Shown here in pieces: positions 26,512 to 33,294 of a stretch of DNA of 33,294 nt. The notes under the pieces are model-generated. The model was not told the DNA's origin. It worked only from the letters and a program-made list of their open reading frames with translations, and made no database searches. Both the position numbers and the translations under genes were made by a program. The stretch is from sequence record DRR378314_2199; one strand, written 5' to 3'. Every line of letters starts with the position of its first letter. Position 1 is the first letter of the stretch.

Positions 26512-28539
26512 TTACTCCTGAACTCGAATGAGAATGTTCAAATAGGTGTCGACCTCAGCAGTCGTTCTTGGGGGGATCACAACGGTAGAGTCGAACTGCT
26601 CTACAATCGCGGGGCCATCAAATTTCGCCCCCGCAGTCAGATCGTCGCGCTCAAAGATCATTGCTGTATGCGCCTTACCGTCGAACCAAACTTCGCGGGT
26701 GGCATCTGTGGTGGGGGTGTTTTCCTTTACTTCATGCGTTTGCAGTTCCGCCTTGGGCACCATCCCGGTTGCGGTCAGCCCTACGCGGAATATCGACACC
26801 GGTGCATCATCGCGACGATAGTTGAATTCGCGTTCGTGCTCGCGGTGGAAGCCGTCAATCAGCGTCTCGATATCTGTGACACTGGACGGGGCCGCCACAG
26901 CCAGAGAACGCCACTGGCCTTGGTACATCATTTCAACGGTGCGCTGTGTGACGATATCCTTGGCATCAACGCCTTCGTGGCTCAAACGTTCGGCGGCCAC
27001 GGCCTCAAGACGGCCAAAGGCGGCCTCGATATCTGCCGGTTTGGTATCAGCCGCAGCAGCCATGAAACTTTCAGAGAAGTCATGCTGGATATCCACCAGC
27101 AAACAGCCCAAAGCAGAAGTCACGCCGGGGTTTGGTGGGATGATCACTGTCGGGATAGACAGTTCCTTAGCAATTGCCGCGCCATGCAGCGCACCGGCCC
27201 CACCAAAAGCGACCAAGGCAAAATCGCGAGGGTCATAGCCACGGCTGATCGACAAAAGACGCACGGCGTTGGCCATGTTTGCATTGGCCACGGCGACCAC
27301 GGCCTCGGCGGCTTCATGCAATTCCATACCAAAGGGTGTTGCAACCGTGTCTTGTACCGCGGCTGTAGCCAAAGCAGGATCCAGTTGAATTTTGCCACCT
27401 GCCAGAGATGTACCCAAACGGCCCAGAACAACATTCGCGTCAGTGTTGGTCGCCACCTCGTTACCATTCTTGTAACAGGCGGGCCCCGGAAATGCGCCTG
27501 CCGACTGTGGACCGTTGCGCAGTGATCCGCCTTCGTCTTTCCAGGCCAGTGAGCCCCCGCCAGCGCCAATTGTCAGAACTTCGATGGACGGGAACCGGAT
27601 CGGATAGCCGTATTCAATATACCAATCCTTGGTGACCCGCGACTTGCCTTCATAGACCAATGAAACATCCGTGCTGGTGCCGCCCATGTCGAAACCGATG
27701 GAATTTTCAAACCCACACAGGTTGCCGATAAAGCGGCTGGCGATTGCACCGGCTGCAATGCCGGAACCGGCCAAACGCGCGGCAAAGTCCTTGACGCTGG
27801 CCGGTGTCATGACACCCCCGCCAGTATGCAGCAAAAGCAAGTCCCGCTCGTAGCCGCCATCAGACAGCTTGCCTTCAAGGCGCTCGACGTAATCGACCAC
27901 AGAGGGTGAAACCGCCGCATTTGCCATCGTCGTTGAGAAGCGCTCGTGTTCAAAAATCTCCGGCAGAACCTGAGATGAGATGGACACAGGGATGTCAGGC
28001 ATCACACTCAACAGTATTTCGCGCATCCGCTCTTCGTTTGCACCGTTGGTGTAGGAATTCATGAAACAGATTGCGACAGAGGCAACGTCCCGCTTTTTCA
28101 GAATGTGAGCGATGCGGCGCGCCTCGTCTTCGTCAAGCGGTTCCAGCACAGTGCCGTTCGCGTCAACGCATTCCTTGACGACAAGGCGGTCACGGCGCGG
28201 AATATAAGGTTTGGCAACGTCTTTATATGTGTCCCAAAGATCTTCCTTATTGGCACGGCGAATTTCGACAACGTCGCGAAACCCTTCGGTGCAGATCATA
28301 GCGGTGCGCGCCAAGTTGCGTGTGATCAGCGCATTTGTTGCAACCGTGGTTCCGTGCGAGAACATCGAAACCGTGCTAAGGTCGATACCGCCCTGTTCAA
28401 TCCCGTTAAGAATGGCAACCATCGGATCGTCAGGCGTTGAAGAGGTTTTTTCAATGCGGATCGCGCCGGTGATTTCGTCCATGATGCAGACGTCAGTGAA
28501 CGTCCCGCCGACATCCACGGCTACTCTGGTATTTTTCAT
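26512..28539 (-). CDS. hyuA: Hydantoinase A/oxoprolinase family subunit (ATP-binding)
   Basis: VAVDVGGTFTD, HGTTVATNAL, TEGFRD, DMGGTSTD, IGAGGGS, GPQSAGAFPGPACY, FGGAGALH; ATG 28539 after AAGGA. Confidence 0.93.
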   Translation of the reverse strand: MKNTRVAVDVGGTFTDVCIMDEITGAIRIEKTSSTPDDPMVAILNGIEQGGIDLSTVSMFSHGTTVATNALITRNLARTAMICTEGFRDVVEIRRANKEDLWDTYKDVAKPYIPRRDRLVVKECVDANGTVLEPLDEDEARRIAHILKKRDVASVAICFMNSYTNGANEERMREILLSVMPDIPVSISSQVLPEIFEHERFSTTMANAAVSPSVVDYVERLEGKLSDGGYERDLLLLHTGGGVMTPASVKDFAARLAGSGIAAGAIASRFIGNLCGFENSIGFDMGGTSTDVSLVYEGKSRVTKDWYIEYGYPIRFPSIEVLTIGAGGGSLAWKDEGGSLRNGPQSAGAFPGPACYKNGNEVATNTDANVVLGRLGTSLAGGKIQLDPALATAAVQDTVATPFGMELHEAAEAVVAVANANMANAVRLLSISRGYDPRDFALVAFGGAGALHGAAIAKELSIPTVIIPPNPGVTSALGCLLVDIQHDFSESFMAAAADTKPADIEAAFGRLEAVAAERLSHEGVDAKDIVTQRTVEMMYQGQWRSLAVAAPSSVTDIETLIDGFHREHEREFNYRRDDAPVSIFRVGLTATGMVPKAELQTHEVKENTPTTDATREVWFDGKAHTAMIFERDDLTAGAKFDGPAIVEQFDSTVVIPPRTTAEVDTYLNILIRVQE

Positions 28540-28627
28540 TCTTTCATCCTTCAAAAGACAATAGGGCATGCGGGTGGTGCCAGCGAAAGCCGACCCAACT
28601 CATGAATTTTTGTTTGTTGCTAGAGGT

Positions 28628-29590
28628 TTACGGAGGCGCGGCGCGTTGGCTTTGCTGCGCTGCCTTGCGGGTGTCAGTTGGCGTGCAACCGAACTGCCCG
28701 CGATAGGCTTTGTTAAACTGGGATTGGTCTGAGAACCCCCAACGATGGGCGATTTCGGCGATGGTGGTGGTCCCTTCGACGCTCAGATCTTCACGTGCCC
28801 GTACCAGTCGCTTTTCCCGAATGAACCCGGAAATTGATTTGCCAGCACCTGAAAACAGTTGCTGAAGGTAGCGCAGTGAAACATTGCAGGCCTCGGCCAC
28901 CACGCTTGAAGACAGGTCTTCGTTGCTCAGGTTGTTGCGGATAAACTGTTCAGCGCGGTGAAGATGTGCCGCGCGGATGGAGGACATATTGCTGTCAAGA
29001 ACGCGATCATCCCTGCGGATCGCCAAACACAGCAGATCAAGGATGTGCATCCCCGCAGCTGCACGCGCCGATTCATCAAGAAAGTCGACATGTTGTGCCG
29101 TGGTTTTCACGGTATCTAGGAAATAGTTTGCAACACCCGCAGTGCCATCAAAGCTCAACGCCCCCAGTCTGTCCGTGGGCCCGATCCGGGCACGGACACT
29201 TTCAGAAGAGACTTTAAGGACCAACAGCTCATTGGTCTGTTCATGCCAGAACTCATAGGGCAGATCGCCGCGTTCAACCAAAAATTCGCCCGGCGAACAT
29301 GTTGCTTGCCGTGCATTTTGGTTAAACCCGACATTGCCCAATCTGGGGATCGTGATCAGCAGGCTGCTTTCGACTTCGTCCAGAAAGTGGTGTTTATGTC
29401 GTTTGTAGAGGATACCGTCACAGCGCATTTGCGACAATCCAACGATGCCCAGGTTCCAGGTGTTCAACCCGCCCTCAAAGGAGCGATCTTCGATCATGGT
29501 GGTCTCAAGCGGAAAGAACGTGTCAGAAACCGCCGCTTGCCATTGACTGGCATTCAAACGGTTTTTTGAAGCTTTATCTTTAAGACTCAT
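28628..29590 (-). CDS. AraC family transcriptional regulator (FeaR-like N-terminal ligand-binding domain)
   Basis: N-terminal QWQAAVSDTFFPL; C-terminal FIRNNLSNEDLS...VSLRYLQQLF...IREKRL...IAEIAHRWGFSDQSQFNKAYRGQFGCTP; start uncertain. Confidence 0.9.
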   Translation of the reverse strand: MSLKDKASKNRLNASQWQAAVSDTFFPLETTMIEDRSFEGGLNTWNLGIVGLSQMRCDGILYKRHKHHFLDEVESSLLITIPRLGNVGFNQNARQATCSPGEFLVERGDLPYEFWHEQTNELLVLKVSSESVRARIGPTDRLGALSFDGTAGVANYFLDTVKTTAQHVDFLDESARAAAGMHILDLLCLAIRRDDRVLDSNMSSIRAAHLHRAEQFIRNNLSNEDLSSSVVAEACNVSLRYLQQLFSGAGKSISGFIREKRLVRAREDLSVEGTTTIAEIAHRWGFSDQSQFNKAYRGQFGCTPTDTRKAAQQSQRAAPP

Positions 29591-29946
29591 TTCATCTTCG
29601 CCCACACAAACGGCGTTTTGTGTAGAGAAAACCTTAGCATTGTTCGTGTTCATCGCTTTGGCAAAAAGCGCACAAAATCTTGTGAGTGGTCTGCCACGGC
29701 TCACGCCTTGTGGCGTTTTGCTCTTTTGAGGCGGATAATTGGGATTAAAAACAACCCACTAATGCCCGAAGATATGGTCGGGTGCTTGTTGCAATGCCAA
29801 TGGTATTTTGCGTTCTAAGGCAAGAACCTCACACCTTATACGCGAAACCGGCAGAGAAACACATCTTCTTCTGCCCCAAGGTGCCAATTTTTATGCGGTT
29901 GTGGACGAAGGAATCACAAACTGGGCAAGGCGCAGACCCAACAAAG

Positions 29947-31140
29947 TTATCCAACTTTGTTGCCTTGGCTCCAAACGCCGCGCAGCAAGGGTGTTTGGTT
30001 GATTTTGCGCACCCGCAAAACATCACCGCGCAGTCCTGTTTTCAAAACACCACGGTCGTGCAACCGTACGGAGGTAGCAGGGTTGCTGGTGACTGTTGCG
30101 ATTGCGCGGGGCAGGTCATTCCAGATCTCTGCAAGGCGGAAGGCGGCTAACAGCAGCGCCGAGGGCACATAGTCAGATGAGACAATATCAAGAAGGTCGG
30201 TTCTTGCGAGAGACTCTGCCGCAACATTTCCAGAGTGGGAGCCGCCCCTGATCAGGTTTGGCGCCCCCATCATAACCGCAATACCATGGGTTCGGCAGGC
30301 TTCTGCGGCTTCAACCGTTGTCGGAAATTCCGCAAAGCCGACACCGTTGTCCGACGATGTTGCGACCTGATCGGCGGTGGTGTCATCGTGGCTTGCCAGA
30401 ACAGCGCCCAGGCGCTGTGCTTCTGCAACGGCTCCGATCTCATGCTTGGCACCCAGGCGCTTTTGCAGCGCCAGCAAGTTATCAACATGTTCGGTAAACT
30501 CGGCGTCGTTCATCCCGCGTTTTTTGGCGACATAAGTTTTCAACGCTGTCAGGTCACGGAACTGGCGCTGGCCCGGCGTGTGATCCATCAGGCTGACGAT
30601 ACCGACCCTGTCTGAGCGGTCAAAGGCCGCCAATTCATCCAATAGCGTCTCTGAGCAGATTTCAGCCCTGAGGTGCAAGAAATGACTGATCTTGAAATAC
30701 CCTTGATCACGCGCGGCCAAAAGTTCATCCGCCAGTTTGCGGGCGTAGTCGATATAGCGCCCTTTGCCACTGTGAATGGATCCCACTCTCATGGCGTCAA
30801 ACACCGTCGTGATGCCGGTGGAGGCAAGTTCGGCATCGTGAGCGATCAGGGCGGGCAAGTGCGGCCAGTCCACTTCCGGGCGCGGTTCGATATGGCGTTC
30901 GACATTGTCTGTATGCAATTCGACAAGACCGGGAATGACAAGATCGCCGGCACAATCCAAGGCACCGGTTGGGACATGGTCCCCTTCAGTGATGTCACAA
31001 ATGGCGCCCTGTTGAATGGTTACGGAACCAGTGACGACCTGATCCGCCAGAACAAGCTGCGCATTGGCGAGACAGAGGTCGCGTGACACATCGGTGTCAC
31101 AGGCCTTTGTCAAAGAGGACGTGGGAAAAGGGGAATTCAT
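29947..31140 (-). CDS. phnM: Alpha-D-ribose 1-methylphosphonate 5-triphosphate diphosphatase
   Basis: PGLVELHTDNVERH, GITTVFDA, HLRAEI, SLMDHTPGQRQF, ASHDD, AEFPTT, MGAPNLIRGGSHSGN, SSDYVP; GAGAG upstream of ATG 31140 (alternative GTG 31089). Confidence 0.95.
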   Translation of the reverse strand: MNSPFPTSSLTKACDTDVSRDLCLANAQLVLADQVVTGSVTIQQGAICDITEGDHVPTGALDCAGDLVIPGLVELHTDNVERHIEPRPEVDWPHLPALIAHDAELASTGITTVFDAMRVGSIHSGKGRYIDYARKLADELLAARDQGYFKISHFLHLRAEICSETLLDELAAFDRSDRVGIVSLMDHTPGQRQFRDLTALKTYVAKKRGMNDAEFTEHVDNLLALQKRLGAKHEIGAVAEAQRLGAVLASHDDTTADQVATSSDNGVGFAEFPTTVEAAEACRTHGIAVMMGAPNLIRGGSHSGNVAAESLARTDLLDIVSSDYVPSALLLAAFRLAEIWNDLPRAIATVTSNPATSVRLHDRGVLKTGLRGDVLRVRKINQTPLLRGVWSQGNKVG

Positions 31141-31810
31141 GTCATACTCTCGATATTCAATTTTCTATGTACCGCCGGAAGGGGCGTTGGCCGATTTCGG
31201 TGCCTCTTGGCTCGGTTGGGACATTATGTCTGGCCGGGAGGTGCTTCAGCCTGATCTGGCCGATTTGCGTGACACCACGATGACACCGCGGAAATATGGG
31301 TTTCATGGGACCCTGAAACCCCCGTTTCGCCTGAGACAAAACCGAACTGTCGCAGAGCTGGAACAGGCCACGTCGAAACTTGCGGCATCTTTGGCCCCGG
31401 CAATCTGTGACAGCTTGGAACTGACGACGCTGGGCCGGTTTCTGGCCCTGACGCCGCTGGGGGGGAGGGCGTCCGTACAACGGGTTGCGCAGGCTTGCGT
31501 TCGTGAACTTGACGCTTTTCGCATTCCAGCCGACGCGCCGGAGCTGGCGCGCCGTCGCAAGGCGGGTTTGACAGCACGTCAGGAGGCATTGTTGGTGCAA
31601 TGGGGGTATCCCTATGTGATGGAAGAGTTCCGTTTTCACCTGACCCTTTCGGGAGGGTTGTCCCCGGACCAGATCCCGCATTGGATCGAAAATGCACAGC
31701 GTTGCCTGCCGGACTTGCCTGCGCCCTTTGTCCTTGATCAGATCGCTTTGTGCGGGGAGCGGGATGATGGCAGGTTCGAGATGTTGCATCGCTACACGCT
31801 CGCGGGTTGA
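31139..31810 (+). CDS. DUF1045 phosphonate-metabolism protein (2H phosphoesterase fold)
   Basis: RYSIFYVP, WLGWD, PRKYGFHGTLKPPF, WGYPYVMEEFRFHLTLSG (two HxT motifs); RBS AAGGGG; embedded antisense in the phn cluster. Confidence 0.9.
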   Translation: MSYSRYSIFYVPPEGALADFGASWLGWDIMSGREVLQPDLADLRDTTMTPRKYGFHGTLKPPFRLRQNRTVAELEQATSKLAASLAPAICDSLELTTLGRFLALTPLGGRASVQRVAQACVRELDAFRIPADAPELARRRKAGLTARQEALLVQWGYPYVMEEFRFHLTLSGGLSPDQIPHWIENAQRCLPDLPAPFVLDQIALCGERDDGRFEMLHRYTLAG

Positions 31811-32337
31811 AGCAATGTTGCCGCCCGGGCGACGGTCTGGGATAGCGGACCATCATTCGCGAGGTGGATCACCTCAAGCCCGGCGGGCAAGGGTTTGTCA
31901 GCCTGCGCAAGGCGTTTGATGATCTCTTGCTCTGTCTCACGCGCGCGTGCGGTTAGGCGGGATGCCAGGGTTTCCGGTTTTGCGGTCACGTTGAGAACTG
32001 TAATCCGAGGGAAAATCCCTGCCGCTTGGGACAGTGCACTGCGAGAGAAATTGACGAGGCAATCGGTGCCCGTTTCAAGCTGGTGGTTCACAGTGGCCGG
32101 TATGCCGTAGTGCAGCCCATGCGCCCCCCAATGCACTGCAAACGCCCCTTCTTCGGCCAGTGCTTTGAATTCTGCGACTGTCACCGCGTCATAGTCTTCT
32201 CCGCCAAGACCGTGCGCACGGGTGATGACGCGGCGGACCAAATGCAGATCGGGCAGGGTGCGGTGAAGGCCTGCCATGACGCTGTCTTTTCCGACACCTG
32301 ACGGGCCAACAACCGCAATGAGGCGTCCCCGGGTCAT
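31792..32337 (-). CDS. phnN: Ribose 1,5-bisphosphokinase
   Basis: LIAVVGPSGVGKDS, RRVITR, GGED, WGAHGLHYGIP, NFSR, RARE, NDGPL. Confidence 0.94.
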   Translation of the reverse strand: MTRGRLIAVVGPSGVGKDSVMAGLHRTLPDLHLVRRVITRAHGLGGEDYDAVTVAEFKALAEEGAFAVHWGAHGLHYGIPATVNHQLETGTDCLVNFSRSALSQAAGIFPRITVLNVTAKPETLASRLTARARETEQEIIKRLAQADKPLPAGLEVIHLANDGPLSQTVARAATLLQPASV

Positions 32338-33017
32338 GCTGCCATCCCGGGGGTAAAACGGCCAACATCAATTTCGCGATCACAGACCCGGTCTCGGGCG
32401 GCTTCATCATGGAAAATACCGATGATGGCCGCGCCGCGTGCTTTGGCCTCTTCTATCAGGTTCAGCACCACCTCGCGGTTCGCAGCGTCCAGACTGGCGG
32501 TGGGTTCGTCCAGCAACATCGCTGGGTAGCTATGGGCAAAACCACGGGCAATGTTCACGCGCTGTTGCTCGCCGCCCGAAAAGGTGGTGGGGGACAGCGA
32601 CCAAAGCCGTTGGGGGATATTCAATTGCGTTAGCAACGCCTTGGCCCGCCCCTGTGCGTCATCTGCCGCCACGCCTAACGCGCGCAAAGGTTCTGCAACC
32701 ACATCAAGCGTCGGGACCCGCGGCACCACACGCAGGAACTGGCTGACGTAGCCCAGCACATCACGGCGCAGTTTGATGATGTCGCGTGGCTTTGCTTGTA
32801 CAATGTCCAAATCACCGATGCGAATTTCGCCGGCCTGAGTCAGATAGTTGCCATAGATCATCCGCATCAGGGTGGATTTTCCCGCGCCAGAGGCCCCGGT
32901 GAGTGCGACACATTCACCGGGTTCAACCGCGAAGGATACATCATTGATCACTTCGATCACGGCACTTCCCTGATTGTGCAGGGTGAAGGTTTTGGAAACG
33001 TTGTTAAGGTTTATCAT
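32334..33017 (-). CDS. phnL: C-P lyase system ATP-binding protein PhnL
   Basis: KTFTLHNQG, GASGAGKST, GYVSQFLRVVPRV, PTTFSGGEQQRVNIAR, LLDEPTASLD, GIFHD. Confidence 0.96.
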   Translation of the reverse strand: MINLNNVSKTFTLHNQGSAVIEVINDVSFAVEPGECVALTGASGAGKSTLMRMIYGNYLTQAGEIRIGDLDIVQAKPRDIIKLRRDVLGYVSQFLRVVPRVPTLDVVAEPLRALGVAADDAQGRAKALLTQLNIPQRLWSLSPTTFSGGEQQRVNIARGFAHSYPAMLLDEPTASLDAANREVVLNLIEEAKARGAAIIGIFHDEAARDRVCDREIDVGRFTPGMAA

Positions 33018-33020
33018 GGT

Positions 33021-33294
33021 TCATACCTGTAAAACGGAACTGACAAGAAGCTGGCTGTAGGCATGTTGTGGATCGTCCAGCACCTGATCAGTCAGACCCG
33101 CCTCGACCACCCTGCCTGATTTCATCACCATCAACCGGTCCGCCAAAAGGCGCACCACTGCCAGATCATGGGTTACGATGATCGCGGACAATCCCATGTC
33201 GCGCACAAGCCCACGCAGCAGATCCAGCAGCCGCGCCTGAACCGATACGTCAAGACCACCTGTAGGTTCGTCCATGAACACCAGACGCGGGCCG
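33021..33294 (-). CDS. phnK: C-P lyase system protein PhnK (C-terminal part, cut by the window edge)
   Basis: GPRLVFMDEPTGGLDVSVQARLLDL, VTHDLAVVRLL, GLTDQVLDDPQHAYSQLLVSSVL. Confidence 0.93.
   Translation of the reverse strand, partial: GPRLVFMDEPTGGLDVSVQARLLDLLRGLVRDMGLSAIIVTHDLAVVRLLADRLMVMKSGRVVEAGLTDQVLDDPQHAYSQLLVSSVLQV

Noticed and set aside
24461-27525. Long plus-strand ORFs (265 aa and 338 aa)
   Set aside because: Antisense shadows of hyuB and hyuA, typical of GC-rich coding DNA
24551-28539. Acetone or acetophenone carboxylase
   Set aside because: No gamma or additional subunits and no sigma54 activator; an ABC importer argues for a polar substrate
29780-29825. FeaR-like TGNCA-N8-AAA boxes for the AraC regulator
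   Set aside because: Only partial matches with irregular spacing; too weak to claim
31083-31112. Pho box at the phnM/DUF1045 junction
   Set aside because: The TGTCA-like half sites are 13 bp apart or inverted, not in the 11-bp direct-repeat register PhoB needs

Overview
Window from an alphaproteobacterial (very likely Rhodobacteraceae/Roseobacter-group) secondary replicon, i.e. a plasmid or chromid. It opens with a probable replication origin (five degenerate 22-bp iterons at 151-260, then an AT-rich tract) and a type Ia parAB operon whose coding sequences each contain the same 15-bp palindrome (candidate parS). The rest is catabolic cargo: (i) a nitroreductase, a non-canonical GGT-family Ntn hydrolase and psd-pssA (phosphatidylethanolamine synthesis); (ii) a GntR-controlled operon encoding a poly(aspartate) hydrolase PahZ1-like serine hydrolase, a C45 Ntn amidase and a Dpp/Opp-type ABC importer, with a divergent gntR plus HSL-family esterase; (iii) gabT / PuuR-like regulator / class III CoA-transferase next to an AraC-hyuA-hyuB-Liv-type ABC operon, which together look like a lactam -> omega-amino acid -> dicarboxylate route; (iv) the distal end of a C-P lyase cluster (phnK partial, phnL, phnN, antisense DUF1045, phnM). 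No rRNA, tRNA, CRISPR array or transposase was recognised. The best candidates for undescribed biology are the putative non-alpha (iso)peptide import/hydrolysis operon and the putative lactam catabolic island. Substrate assignments are inferences from motifs and gene context, and family calls come from recognising sequences by eye, not from database searches.
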